Source: a bacterium
GTDB lineage: Bacteria; Myxococcota_A; Bradymonadia; UBA7976; UBA1532
Reading direction: 5' to 3'
NCBI GenBank assembly: GCA_030426085.1
Contig: JAUHYW010000012.1
Coordinates: 84,509 to 148,508, forward strand
DNA: 64,000 bases
Part shown: positions 28,607 to 38,661 of the stretch, piece by piece
Layout: every line of letters begins with the position of its first letter
How positions within the stretch are numbered: the stretch's first letter is position 1
Notes under the pieces: model-generated
Database searches by the model: none
Told to the model about the DNA's origin: nothing
Seen by the model: only the letters and a program-made list of their open reading frames with translations
Program-made: the position numbers and the translations under genes

Positions 28607-30037
28607 ATGACGGACCTCGCGAGGTGGCTTTTCACTGCGTTCTGTGCGCTGGCGCTGGCCGGCTGTCTGCCGTCGTCTTCGGGCGACGGGGACGACGAGA
28701 GCTGCGACGAGGGCGAGCTGGTCGCCTGCCTCTGCCCGGACGATACGCCGTCGGTGCAGATGTGCGGGGCGGACGGGGAGCTGTCGGCCTGCGCGTGTGA
28801 TCCGGGCGGCGAGGGTGAAGGGGAAGGCGAGGGCGAAGGGGAAGGTGAGGGCGAGGGCGAAGGGGAAGGCGAGGGCGAAGGGGAAGGTGAGGGCGAGGGC
28901 GAAGGGGAAGGTGAGGGCGAGGGCGAAGGGGAAGGTGAGGGCGAAGGCGAAGGGGAAGGTGAGGGCGAAGGCGAAGGGGAAGGTGAGGGCGAAGGCGAAG
29001 GGGAAGGTGAGGGCGAGGGCGAAGGGGAAGGTGAGGGCGAAGGCGAAGGCGAAGGCGAAGGTGAGGGCGAAGGGGAGGGTGAAGGTGAGGGCGAGGGCGA
29101 AGGTGAGGGGGAGGGCGAAGGGGAAGGCGAGGGCGAAGGTGAGGGCGAAGGCGAAGGCGAGGGCGAGGGCTGCCCGGTCCCGGCCGTCGAGGCCGCCGAG
29201 TTCCAGGTCCTGCCGCTCGACATCGTCCAGTTGGACGCCAGCCCTTCGACCGCGCCCGTCGGCCCCGACGGGCGGCCGGTGAGCTTCGCCTGGACCGTCA
29301 TCCAACGGCCCGACGGCTCGGTGAGTTCGCCGGTCGAGCGCTTCGGCGATCCGTTGCGCCCGGCGGACGGGGGCCAGCCCGATGACGAGATGACCCCCAC
29401 GGCGGTCTTCTTCGTCGATCTGGCCGGCGAGTACGTCATCGAACTCCGGGTGACCGACGCCGCGGGCAACGTGGCGCCCAGCGACGCCTGCCCCGAGCCG
29501 GTGGCCCAGGTGCGGATCACGGCGTTCAGCGAGTCCGATGTGCACATCCAGCTCACCTGGGACACGCCGATGGACATGGACCAGGCCGATCAGGACGGCA
29601 CCGACGTCGACCTGTGGCTGCGGCACCCGTCCGCCGCGTCGTGGGGCGACATCTCGCGGCGATGCTACTACGGCAACGCGTCCCCCGACTGGGGCGCGCT
29701 GGGCGCGGTGGACGACAACCCCAGCCTCGACATCGACGACATCAACGGCGCCGGGCCGGAGAACATCAGCTTCGACGGCCTCGAGGACACCGACGCGCTG
29801 GGCGCCCCGTACTTGATCGGGGTGCACTACTACCGCAGCGCCATGGAGGCCGGCGTCGGGGACTACGGCGAGAGCGCGGCCCACATCCGGATCTTCTTCG
29901 GCGGGGTGCTGGCCTACGAGGCCGATCGGCTGCTGCTCGACACCGACGACTTCTGGGTGCCGGCCGGCATCACCTGGACCGCGGACGGGCCGGGCATCGT
30001 GGAGATCGACGACTTCTTCGAGACGCCGCCGCAGTAG
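28607..30037 (+). CDS. (GE)n-repeat lipoprotein, copy 2 (paralog of 27038..28297)
   Basis: Same signal peptide, Cys module and C-terminal domains; ends PPQ*; 60 GE units. Confidence 0.85.
   Translation: MTDLARWLFTAFCALALAGCLPSSSGDGDDESCDEGELVACLCPDDTPSVQMCGADGELSACACDPGGEGEGEGEGEGEGEGEGEGEGEGEGEGEGEGEGEGEGEGEGEGEGEGEGEGEGEGEGEGEGEGEGEGEGEGEGEGEGEGEGEGEGEGEGEGEGEGEGEGEGEGEGEGEGEGEGEGEGEGEGCPVPAVEAAEFQVLPLDIVQLDASPSTAPVGPDGRPVSFAWTVIQRPDGSVSSPVERFGDPLRPADGGQPDDEMTPTAVFFVDLAGEYVIELRVTDAAGNVAPSDACPEPVAQVRITAFSESDVHIQLTWDTPMDMDQADQDGTDVDLWLRHPSAASWGDISRRCYYGNASPDWGALGAVDDNPSLDIDDINGAGPENISFDGLEDTDALGAPYLIGVHYYRSAMEAGVGDYGESAAHIRIFFGGVLAYEADRLLLDTDDFWVPAGITWTADGPGIVEIDDFFETPPQ
28808..29167 (+). 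repeat. Hexamer repeat GGNGAR x60 encoding (GE)60
   Basis: 360 nt counted in frame. Confidence 0.95.
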
Positions 30038-30045
30038 CCCGGGCG

Positions 30046-32355
30046 TCAGCCGCCCCGCCGCCGACGGCACAGGTCGCGCACCACCGCCGGCGACAGACCG
30101 GTCTCGACCAGCGAGAGCCGCAGGCCGGGGCCGAGGCCGGCGAGCACGTCGGCTGCGCCGGCGCCGAGCGGGGTCCGGATCAGCTCCAGGTGGGTCAACG
30201 CGGGCATGCGGGCGAGGCCGGCGAACTCGGCGTCGTGCACCGCGCAGCCGATCAGGGTCAGGCGGCGCAGAGCCGACAGGGGCGCGGCGTCCGCCAGCGC
30301 GCCCGGCCGCACGACGCAGGTTTCGAAGATCATCCGGGTCAGGCGGCTGCCGCCCCAGTCGCTCAGCGCGTCGGGGGGCAGCGTCATCTCGCTCAGCCGG
30401 AGCAGCCGCACGGCCTTGATTCGGGGCAGGGCCCGCCACGCGGCGGGCGTCAGGGGCCCGGCGAGGCACAGCTCGGCCAGCTTGGGGGTCGGCTCCAAGG
30501 GGTGCAGCCCGGCGCCCGGGGCGTGGGCCAGCCTCAGCCGGGACAGCCGGGGCAGGCCGGCCAGCGGGGCCAGGGCGTGGCCGTCGATCCGGGGCTCGAT
30601 CAGCGCCACCCGCCGGAGCTGCCTCGCCGCCGCCAGGGGCGCCAACGGGTCGGGGCCGTCGAGGGCGAGCCCGCTGATCGTCAGCTCGCGCAGGTGCCCC
30701 AGCCCGGTCAGCGGCGCCAGGGTCGTGATGCGGGGGCGGGTGAGCGCCAGCGTCTCGAGGCGGGGGCAGGCGGCGCACAGGATGCCCAGCACGTCGTCGG
30801 TCAGCTCGGGCCCCAGGCGCAGGCGGCGGATCGCGTCCCCCATCTGGCTCAGGTCGCCGTCGGCGTCGGTGACCACGTCCCGCACGATCTCGCCGGCCAG
30901 CTCGGCCGCCGGGCGGGGCCCGAACTCCACCGCGGCCCGCTCCGGGGGCAGCTCGGCCCGGGCGGGCATGGCCAGCACCCGGTCGCGCAGCTCCTCCCAC
31001 TCGGTCTCGGCGTCGAACGGCGCGGGCAGCACCTGCCGGTCGCCGCCCCGCCAGAAGCGCCGGTTACGGGCCAGCGCGGCCAGCGCGGCGACCTGGATCG
31101 GGTCGTGCCCCGCGTCGTCGGGCACCCGGCGATCGGGCCAGAACAGCCGGATGATCGGCCCCAGGCGGGCGCTGGAGCGGGCCCGGGCCAGCAGGTCGAT
31201 CAGGCGGTCGAGCACCGCGTCGGCCCGGGGGCGGCCGGCGGCGACGACCGCCTCGAGGATCTCGACCGGCGCGTGGGCCTCGGGGCCGTCCATCTCGTCG
31301 GGGAAGTGCGGGGGGTCGAACCAGCGGTCGACGCCGTCCAGGTCGCCGAGCACCTCGTCGACCACCGCCCACGCCCGCTCGGCGAGGTCGGGGTCGGTCA
31401 GCAGCGGCAGCGCGGCGAAGGTGCGCACCCGCAGCGCCGGGTCGTCGAGGGCCGGCCGCAGCCGGGCCCGCTCCCCGTCGGCGGCCAGCGCGCGCACCGC
31501 CAGCATGCGCATCGTCGGGTCGCGGTCGGCCCGGGCCAGCTCGACGACCGCGTCCAGCGGGCCGGCGGCTCCCGGGGCGGTCCGGCGCACGGCGAGGGCC
31601 AGCCGCAGCGCCGCCGCCCGCCGGGGGTTGCCCTCGGCGACCCGGACCCAGGTGGCGATGCGCTCGGCGCCAGCGCCCAGCATCATCGCGCACCGCCGGC
31701 TCCAGGCGGCCTCGTCGGGCGGCGCGTCGTCCAGCGGCAGCCCGGCCAGCTCGGCGATGTCGGTCAGCAGCCGCAGCACGCCGACGGCGTCGGGCCGCTC
31801 GCCGGCCGCGATCAGGAACGGGATCGAGGGCGCGGTGGCCTCGGCGAGGCTGACGGTCTGATGGCAGATGCCGAGGTACAGCCGATACACCGCGTCGGCC
31901 CGCTCGGCGGGATCGGCGGCGCTCAGCAGCGTGCGCAGGTGGTCCCGGGTGGCGGTGGCCGGGCCGTAGGCGTCGGTCAGCCGGCGCCAGTCGACGCTGT
32001 CCAGCGGGGCGTGGATCGGGGGGGCGCGGAACGCCTCGGCGTCGGGCAGGCGGTCGATGGCCACGATGCCCTCGGGGCCGACCCGCATGGCCAGCCCGTC
32101 CCCCGCCGCGCCGGTGCGCACCGCCCAGATGAAGCCCACATCGTCCCGGTCGCCGAGCAGCGCGGCGGTGGCCAGCACGATGCGCCGCCGCTCGACCAGC
32201 CCCTCGGCCCACCACACCAGGACCGCCGGCCGGCCGTCGACCAGCGCGACGCAGTGGGGCCCGTCGATCTCGGGGAGCGTGCCGAAGCCGCGGTAGCCGT
32301 AGAGGTCGGTCAGCGTGTGCTGCGCCCGGCGCAGCGCGAGGGGTTGCGGGGCCAT
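30046..32355 (-). CDS. HEAT-repeat + leucine-rich-repeat protein
   Basis: DWRRLTDAYGPA..ICHQ..ATAPSIPFL HEAT-like segment; C-terminal LxxLxL repeats (LETLAL, LRELTI, LSRLRL, LRRLTL, LTHLEL). Confidence 0.7.
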   Translation of the reverse strand: MAPQPLALRRAQHTLTDLYGYRGFGTLPEIDGPHCVALVDGRPAVLVWWAEGLVERRRIVLATAALLGDRDDVGFIWAVRTGAAGDGLAMRVGPEGIVAIDRLPDAEAFRAPPIHAPLDSVDWRRLTDAYGPATATRDHLRTLLSAADPAERADAVYRLYLGICHQTVSLAEATAPSIPFLIAAGERPDAVGVLRLLTDIAELAGLPLDDAPPDEAAWSRRCAMMLGAGAERIATWVRVAEGNPRRAAALRLALAVRRTAPGAAGPLDAVVELARADRDPTMRMLAVRALAADGERARLRPALDDPALRVRTFAALPLLTDPDLAERAWAVVDEVLGDLDGVDRWFDPPHFPDEMDGPEAHAPVEILEAVVAAGRPRADAVLDRLIDLLARARSSARLGPIIRLFWPDRRVPDDAGHDPIQVAALAALARNRRFWRGGDRQVLPAPFDAETEWEELRDRVLAMPARAELPPERAAVEFGPRPAAELAGEIVRDVVTDADGDLSQMGDAIRRLRLGPELTDDVLGILCAACPRLETLALTRPRITTLAPLTGLGHLRELTISGLALDGPDPLAPLAAARQLRRVALIEPRIDGHALAPLAGLPRLSRLRLAHAPGAGLHPLEPTPKLAELCLAGPLTPAAWRALPRIKAVRLLRLSEMTLPPDALSDWGGSRLTRMIFETCVVRPGALADAAPLSALRRLTLIGCAVHDAEFAGLARMPALTHLELIRTPLGAGAADVLAGLGPGLRLSLVETGLSPAVVRDLCRRRRGG

Positions 32356-32424
32356 CGGGGCGGTCCACTCCTGGCTTGGCCCCAGCCTACGCGGGCGATC
32401 GGGAGCGGTCCAACTCTCGGGGTC

Positions 32425-32964
32425 TCAGAGGCGCTCTTCCCAAGCGAACGGCTTGTCGGCGCGCCACAGGTTCAGCCGGCGGGTCAGCGCGCCCCCGTCG
32501 CCGGGCAGCGCGAGCGCCTGGCCGTCGGTCAGCCGCAGCCGGGCCGGCTGGCCCTCGTCGACGCCCGCGATCGCCGCCCGCGGGATCCAGCGGGGCTCGC
32601 CTTCGGGCTCGGCGAGCAGCAGGCCGTCGTCCTCCACGAAGAGCCCCACCCGCCAGCGCCCCCGGTCGAGCCGATCGCGCTGGGCCCGCGCCCGGCGCAG
32701 CGTGAGCCAGCCGCGGGCGGCCCAGGTCCAGGCGACCGCGGCCAGGAGCGGCGCGATGTACTGCCCGGCGGGGTCGGGCTCGCCGCCTTCGAACGTGCGG
32801 GCCCAGGCGTAGAGCGCGGCGCCGAAGAGCCCCAGCCCGAACGCGCCGCCGATGAGCAGCGCGGCGAACGCCTCGCCGACCGGGATCAAGCCGCCGGGCA
32901 CGAAGCGCTCGGGGCGCTCGAGCGGGGCGTCGGGGTCGAGCAGGCGGGCGTGGCGGGGCGACAT
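32425..32964 (-). CDS. Hypothetical membrane protein (2 TM)
   Basis: Two hydrophobic segments; fills the gap between the LRR gene and ggt. Confidence 0.65.
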   Translation of the reverse strand: MSPRHARLLDPDAPLERPERFVPGGLIPVGEAFAALLIGGAFGLGLFGAALYAWARTFEGGEPDPAGQYIAPLLAAVAWTWAARGWLTLRRARAQRDRLDRGRWRVGLFVEDDGLLLAEPEGEPRWIPRAAIAGVDEGQPARLRLTDGQALALPGDGGALTRRLNLWRADKPFAWEERL

Positions 32965-33062
32965 CGGCCGGCATCATGCCGGGCGGGGGCCTGCGATGCC
33001 AGTGCGGGTGGTGCCTCTCCGGTGGCCACGGTATGACGGATGGACCCGCCTTCGGAGATGCC

Positions 33063-34757
33063 ATGTCGACCTTGCGCCACCTTTTGATCGTGCTGCTTCT
33101 GCCGCTGACCGCGCACGCCGCGAGCCACCCGCCGGTCCGGGCGACGGGGGGCATGGTGGCCGCCGACAACGCCGCGGCCTCGGCGGCGGGCGCGGCGCTG
33201 CTCGCGGCCGGCGGGGACGCGGTGGACGCGGCGGTGGCGACGGCGCTGGTCCTGGGCGTGGTGCAGCCGTTCGCCTCGGGCATCGGCGGGGGCGGCTTCG
33301 CGGTGATCCATCGGGCGGACGGCAGCGCGCTGGCGCTCGACTTCCGCGAGACGGCGCCGGCCAAGGCCCACCGGGACATGTACCTCGACGAGAAGGGCGC
33401 GGTGATCGACGGCGCGAGCACCCGGGGGCCCAAGGCGGCGGGGGTGCCCGGCGAGCTGGCCGGGCTGTACGCGCTGCATCAGCGGTATGGCACCCGGCCG
33501 TGGCCCGAGGTCGTCGCTCCGGCGCTGGCCGCGGCTCGGGATGGCTTCCCGGTGGGCTCGCTGCTGCACGACCGCATCGCTCAGAAGCAGAAGGCCATCG
33601 CCGCCCGGCCGGCGCTGGCGAAGGTGTACCTGACCGCCGACGGGGCGCCGCTGCCGGTGGGGCACGTCCTGAAGCGGCCCGATCTGGCCCGCACGCTGGC
33701 CGCGGTGGCCGAGAAGGGCCCGGCGGCGTTCTACACCGGCGACGTGGCGCGGCGGCTGGTGGCGGCGATGGCGGCCGATGGCGGCCTGATCTCGGCGGCT
33801 GATCTGAAGGGCTACGCGCCCAAGGAGCGGCCCTTGATCCGGGCGAAGGTGATGGACTTCGAGATCGTGTCGATGCCCCCGCCGAGCAGCGGCGGCGCGG
33901 TGCTGGTGCAGGTGCTCCAGGCGCTGGACGGGGTCGACCTGAAGGCGCTGGGGCACAACAGCTCGGCTTATCTGCACCGGGTGGCCGAGGCGCTCAAGCA
34001 CGCCTTCGCCGATCGGGCCCGGGTGATGGGCGACCCCGACTTCGTCGACGTGCCGCTGGCGCAGATGCTCTCGGCCGAGGCGACGGCCCGCATCAAGGGC
34101 GCCTTCCGCCCCGACGCGACGCTGCCCCGCGCGGCGTACGGCGGCCGCTATGGCGTCCCCGAGGACGGGGGCACGAGCCACTTCTCGGTGGTCGACGCCC
34201 GGGGCAACGCGGTGGCGCTCACCAGCACGGTCAATACCAGCTTCGGCAGCCTGTACGTGGCCGGCGACACCGGGGTGCTGCTCAACAACGAGATGGACGA
34301 CTTCGTGGCCAAGCCGGGGGTGCCCAACGCCTTCGGGCTGGTGGGGCGCGAGGCGAATACGATCCGCCCCGGCAAGCGGCCGCTGTCGAGCATGAGCCCG
34401 ACCATCGTGCTCGACGAGAAGGGGCAGGTGCGGCTGGTCGTGGGGGCGTCGGGCGGACCGACGATCATCACCGGCACTTTGCAGGTGCTGCTCAATGTGA
34501 TGGTCTTCGGTATGGACGTTCGGGCGGCGGTCGAGGCGCCCCGCGTGCACCATCAGTGGGTGCCCGAGCTGCTGTTCGTCAGCCGCGACCTGCCCCGGGA
34601 CGTGCACGAGGCGCTGAAGGCGCGGGGGCACGCGCTGAAGCCGGTGGGGCGGTTCAACGCGGTGCAGGCGGTGGAGGTCGTCGGGGCGAGACAGGCGGGG
34701 GCCAGCGATCCGTCGAAGCGGGGCCGGCCGGCGGGGGTGGGTGAGATCGGGCGCTGA
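33063..34757 (+). CDS. ggt: Gamma-glutamyltransferase
   Basis: SGIGGGGF, DFRETAP, GVPGELAG, catalytic TSHFSVVD, LNNEMDDF, KRPLSSMSP, PRVHHQW. Confidence 0.95.
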   Translation: MSTLRHLLIVLLLPLTAHAASHPPVRATGGMVAADNAAASAAGAALLAAGGDAVDAAVATALVLGVVQPFASGIGGGGFAVIHRADGSALALDFRETAPAKAHRDMYLDEKGAVIDGASTRGPKAAGVPGELAGLYALHQRYGTRPWPEVVAPALAAARDGFPVGSLLHDRIAQKQKAIAARPALAKVYLTADGAPLPVGHVLKRPDLARTLAAVAEKGPAAFYTGDVARRLVAAMAADGGLISAADLKGYAPKERPLIRAKVMDFEIVSMPPPSSGGAVLVQVLQALDGVDLKALGHNSSAYLHRVAEALKHAFADRARVMGDPDFVDVPLAQMLSAEATARIKGAFRPDATLPRAAYGGRYGVPEDGGTSHFSVVDARGNAVALTSTVNTSFGSLYVAGDTGVLLNNEMDDFVAKPGVPNAFGLVGREANTIRPGKRPLSSMSPTIVLDEKGQVRLVVGASGGPTIITGTLQVLLNVMVFGMDVRAAVEAPRVHHQWVPELLFVSRDLPRDVHEALKARGHALKPVGRFNAVQAVEVVGARQAGASDPSKRGRPAGVGEIGR

Positions 34758-34766
34758 GCCCCGGGC

Positions 34767-35450
34767 TCACTTGCCCGCGGGGGTGTCCCAGCCCTCGTCC
34801 TCGAACTTGTACAGGATCTCGCGGCCGACGATGTTGGTCTCGACGAGGTACTTGTGCCCCGGCTCGAGCGCGACCGTCTGCCGGCTCATGCCCATGACCG
34901 GGCCCCGCAGCTTGGCCCGCAGGCGGATGGTGAAGTCGAACTCGCCCGCCGGCTGCTCCTCGTAGCTGGTGTAGCCCACCGCCAGCTTCTTGAAGCGGCC
35001 CTTCTTGCCCGACTTGTACTCGATGGCCCGGCCCCGGTTGAGGGCCCGGAAGCGCACCTGGGCCGCCGCCTGGGGCGAGACCGCCGCCGGCCGCTCGCTC
35101 TTGTCGTGGGTGATGATGTCGGCCGCGCCGGCCCGGCACTTCTCGAAGCGCACGTGGTAGGTGCCGCCGGGGTTCATGCCCAGCCAGCCCAGGTCGGCCG
35201 GCTTCTCGCCGGTGAGCTTGAGCGCGTAGGCCTTGTCCGAGTTGGCGGGCAGGGTCTGGGGATCGCTGGTCGCGCCGGCGGCCACGGTGACCGCGGCGGG
35301 GCCCAGCTTGAGGGCGAGGGGGGTCTTGCAGGTGTTCTCGAAGGTCACGCTGACCGGGGCCGTGGCTTCGCCGGCCTCGTCGCCGGCCAGGGCCGGCAGG
35401 GCGAGGGCCAGGGTGGCGCCGGCGGCGAGTCCACGCAGGATGCGATGCAT
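34767..35450 (-). CDS. Hypothetical secreted protein
   Basis: Signal peptide ending ALA; GGAG RBS; GC3-biased ORF. Confidence 0.75.
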   Translation of the reverse strand: MHRILRGLAAGATLALALPALAGDEAGEATAPVSVTFENTCKTPLALKLGPAAVTVAAGATSDPQTLPANSDKAYALKLTGEKPADLGWLGMNPGGTYHVRFEKCRAGAADIITHDKSERPAAVSPQAAAQVRFRALNRGRAIEYKSGKKGRFKKLAVGYTSYEEQPAGEFDFTIRLRAKLRGPVMGMSRQTVALEPGHKYLVETNIVGREILYKFEDEGWDTPAGK

Positions 35451-35604
35451 GCTGTCTCCAGGGTCGGGCCGAAAATCGCGGCGGAGTATAGGGGATCGAC
35501 CACGGCTGACGAAAGCCCGCCTCCGGGAGCGGCGGCCGGGGTCACTCGGCGGCGGCTGACCGGCGCCGGGGGTCGATATTCATCCGTGGGGGCCGCGAGA
35601 AGGA

Positions 35605-35640
35605 GGGGGCGCCGCGGGGGGGTGGTCCCGCGACGCCCCC
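35605..35640 (-). terminator. GC-rich hairpin downstream of ftsZ, possible terminator
   Basis: GGGGGCGCCGCGGG / CCCGCGACGCCCCC stem about 20 bp after the ftsZ stop; weak pyrimidine tail. Confidence 0.45.
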
Positions 35641-35661
35641 AGGGGGGAAGCGCAGCGGGCG

Positions 35662-37284
35662 CTACTTGCGCCCGATCTTGAGCCAGTCGGGCACCGCGGC
35701 GACCTCGACCTCGCTGCTGTCGTCCTCGAGGTCGAAGAAGCCGGCGCCGAGCTTGTCCTCGCCGACCTTGCGGTCGCCGGTCTTGCGGGTGAACGCCGGG
35801 GCCCGCAGCTCCTCGTCGTCGAGGGCCCGCCGCCGGGGCGGCACGGTCACCGGGCGGGGGTTGACGCTCATCGGGCCGGTGATCGGGCGCCGGGTGTTCG
35901 CCCGGGCCGGCGGCCGGGGGTTGGCCGGGCGGGACGTCGCGCCTCGGCGGGCGGCCTCGGGCAGCGGCGGCGGCGAGACGAGCCGCACCTGCTCCTGCAG
36001 CGACATCTGGGTCTGCGTCGGCTGGCCCTGCCGGGGGTGGCGGGCCGGCTGGCGGGCGGCGGGCTGCTCGTCCCGGAAGCCGCCGACGTGCTGGGCGCCG
36101 CTCTGGAACCCGCCCACCTGCTGGGCCCCGCTCTGCAGCCCGGCGACCGCCTGGGCCCCGCTCTGGTGCGGCGCCTGCTCGGTCGTCGGCTGGGACGCGG
36201 GCTCGGTCCAGCGGGGCATCGAGCCGGTCGTCAGCCGGGGGTCGGTGTTGCGCATGCCGGGCACGTTGAGCGCCCGCTCGGGGCGCCGGTCGGGCCGCTG
36301 GGCGTCGGCTTGCTGGAAGCCGGTGGCGATGACCGTGATCTTGATCTCGTCGCGCATGCTCTCGTCGATCACCGCGCCGAAGATCAGGTTGACGTCCTCG
36401 TGGGCCGCGTCCTCCACCAGGCTGGCCGCCTCTTCGATCTCGGTGATGCGCAGATCGGTGCCGCCGGTGAAGTTGATGAGGATGCCGGTGGCCCCCTCGA
36501 TGCTGATGTCGTCGAGCAGCGGCGAGCTGATCGCCGCCTGGGCCGCCACCAGCGCCCGGCGCTCGCCCGAGGCCCGGCCGCTGCCCATCAGCGCCAGCCC
36601 CTTGTTCGACATGATCGTGCGCACGTCGGCGAAGTCGACGTTGATCATGCCGTGCTCGGTGATGAGGTCGCTGATGCCCTGCACCGCGTTGTACAGCACC
36701 TGGTCGGCCATCTTGAAGGCGTCGACCATGGTGGTGTGCTCGTCGCTGATGGCGAGCAGCCGCTGGTTGGGGATGACGATGAGGGTGTCGACCTCGGCGG
36801 CGAGCGCTTCGATGCCGGCCTCGGCCCGCCGCCGGCGGGCGCGGCCCTCGAAGTTGAACGGGCGAGTCACGACACCGACAGTCAGCGCGCCGGCCTCCCG
36901 GGCGGCGCGGGCGATGACCGGCGCGGCGCCGGTGCCGGTGCCTCCGCCCATGCCCGCGGTCACGAAGACCATGTCCGAGCCGCCGAGCGCGTCGGTGATG
37001 AGCCGCTGGTCCTCGAGCGCCGCGTTGCGCCCGATCTCGGGGTTGGCGCCTGCGCCGAGCCCCTGGGTCAGCGTCGCCCCGATCTGGAGCCGGGTGCCGG
37101 CCCCGGCGTGTTCGAGCGCCTGGGCGTCGGTGTTGGCGACGATGAAGTCGACGCCGTTGAGGCCGCTCTGGACCATCGTGTTGACGGCGTTGCTCCCCCC
37201 ACCGCCGACGCCGATGACCTTCAGCCGGGCCCCAGAGTTGCCTACATATTCGAAGATACTGTCCACGAGACTGTTCCATCCCAT
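35662..37284 (-). CDS. ftsZ: Cell division GTPase FtsZ with long C-terminal linker
   Basis: [38 protein letters not shown]; start codon uncertain (37284 ATG or 37266 GTG). Confidence 0.97.
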   Translation of the reverse strand: MGWNSLVDSIFEYVGNSGARLKVIGVGGGGSNAVNTMVQSGLNGVDFIVANTDAQALEHAGAGTRLQIGATLTQGLGAGANPEIGRNAALEDQRLITDALGGSDMVFVTAGMGGGTGTGAAPVIARAAREAGALTVGVVTRPFNFEGRARRRRAEAGIEALAAEVDTLIVIPNQRLLAISDEHTTMVDAFKMADQVLYNAVQGISDLITEHGMINVDFADVRTIMSNKGLALMGSGRASGERRALVAAQAAISSPLLDDISIEGATGILINFTGGTDLRITEIEEAASLVEDAAHEDVNLIFGAVIDESMRDEIKITVIATGFQQADAQRPDRRPERALNVPGMRNTDPRLTTGSMPRWTEPASQPTTEQAPHQSGAQAVAGLQSGAQQVGGFQSGAQHVGGFRDEQPAARQPARHPRQGQPTQTQMSLQEQVRLVSPPPLPEAARRGATSRPANPRPPARANTRRPITGPMSVNPRPVTVPPRRRALDDEELRAPAFTRKTGDRKVGEDKLGAGFFDLEDDSSEVEVAAVPDWLKIGRK

Positions 37285-37435
37285 TCGTGCCTCGATCCAC
37301 CCCGATCGAAGCACGGATATAACCCGATTAGGTTCGGTTCCTGCCGGATGACTGACGGTTTGTTCCGAGTTGTGGCATCCTATGCCGCCGCCGATCCCAT
37401 CGCAATGGGGGGCGGCCTGTTTTTGTCAACTTTTC

Positions 37436-38659
37436 TCAAACCCGGCGGCTGCGGCCGAAGATGCGGCCCCAGGTGCGCTTGCGCGGTCGGGTCAGCCGGG
37501 TCGAGAACCACTGCACGTCCCGCCGGTTGACCCCACACAGCACCAGCCCGGTGCCGGTCGCGTAGCGCGGGTTGCGCACGACGTCCACCAGCCCGTGCAG
37601 CCCCTTGGGCTGGGCCCGGGCGGCGGGCATGCCCATGACCTGCTCGGCCAGCTCGACCAGCCCCGGCAGGTTGGCGGTGCCCCCGGTGAGCACCACCCCG
37701 CCGGGCAGGCCGTTGGCGTAGCCCAGCGGGCGCAGCTCCTCGGCGACGAGCCGCAGGATCTCCTCGGCCCGGGCCTCGATGATCTGGCACAGCAGCGTGC
37801 GCTCGATCTCCCGCGGCTTGCGGCCGCCGACCCCGGGCACCGAGACCCGCTCGTCGGCGTCGATCAGCTCGGCGAGCGCGCAGCCGTGGGCCTGCTTGAG
37901 GTGCTCGGCCTCGACGGTCGGCGTATTGAGGCAGTCCTTGATGTCGCTGGTGACGTGCTGCCCGCCGATGCCGAGCACCGTCGAGTGCACGATCTGGCCC
38001 TGGTCGAAGACCGCGATGTCGGTGGTGTCGCCCCCGATGTCGACCAGCACCACCCCCAGGTCGCGCCCCTGGGGGCTCAGCAGCGCCTCGGCCTGGGCCA
38101 GCGGGGCCAGGATCATGTCGATCACCCGCAGCTTCGCCTGCCGGATGCACTGTTCGAGCTGCTTGAGCGCCTGGATATCCCCCACGACGAGGTGCGCGTG
38201 CACCTCGAGCCGCACCCCCTCGACGCCCACCGGGCGGGTGATGCCCGCCTGACCGTCGATGATGAACGACTGGGGCACCGCGTGCAGGATGGCCTTGTCC
38301 GGGGGCAGCTTGACCGCGCAGGCCATGTCCATGCAGGCCCGCACGTCGTCGGTGTCGACGGTGCCGCTGCGGATGCGCACCATGCCGTGGCTGTTGAAGC
38401 TCTCCAGGTGGCGCCCGCTGACCGAGACGTAGATCTCCTTGATCTCGCAGCCGGCCATCAGCTCGGCCTCTTCGACCGCCTCCCGGATGCTGGTCACCGC
38501 CTGCTGCTGGTCGCAGACGGTGCCCGCCTTGAGCCCGGCCGCGGGGTGGGTCCCGGTGCCGATGATGTCGATCTGGCCGTCTTCGTGGCGCACGCCGATG
38601 ACGCACTTCACCGCGTTGGTCCCCAGGTCGAGCCCGGCCACGATCATCTGCTTGCTCAT
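37436..38659 (-). CDS. ftsA: Cell division protein FtsA
   Basis: GLDLGT, VDIGGDTTD, GGQHVT.DI, AEHLK, VLTGG, P.YAT..GL. Confidence 0.95.
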   Translation of the reverse strand: MSKQMIVAGLDLGTNAVKCVIGVRHEDGQIDIIGTGTHPAAGLKAGTVCDQQQAVTSIREAVEEAELMAGCEIKEIYVSVSGRHLESFNSHGMVRIRSGTVDTDDVRACMDMACAVKLPPDKAILHAVPQSFIIDGQAGITRPVGVEGVRLEVHAHLVVGDIQALKQLEQCIRQAKLRVIDMILAPLAQAEALLSPQGRDLGVVLVDIGGDTTDIAVFDQGQIVHSTVLGIGGQHVTSDIKDCLNTPTVEAEHLKQAHGCALAELIDADERVSVPGVGGRKPREIERTLLCQIIEARAEEILRLVAEELRPLGYANGLPGGVVLTGGTANLPGLVELAEQVMGMPAARAQPKGLHGLVDVVRNPRYATGTGLVLCGVNRRDVQWFSTRLTRPRKRTWGRIFGRSRRV

Positions 38660-38661
38660 CT

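Noticed and set aside
27239-29167. GE hexamer tracts as CRISPR or satellite DNA
   Set aside because: In-frame coding repeats with synonymous variation and no spacers.
28306-29577. Minus-strand ORFs with long (SP)n tracts (also 27187..27447)
   Set aside because: Antisense shadows of the (GE)n genes; the plus-strand frames have signal peptides, RBS and recognisable domains.
37385-37426. Hairpin plus T-run between ftsA and ftsZ as the operon terminator
   Set aside because: The T-tract is on the plus strand, opposite to dcw transcription, and the stem is imperfect; function unclear.
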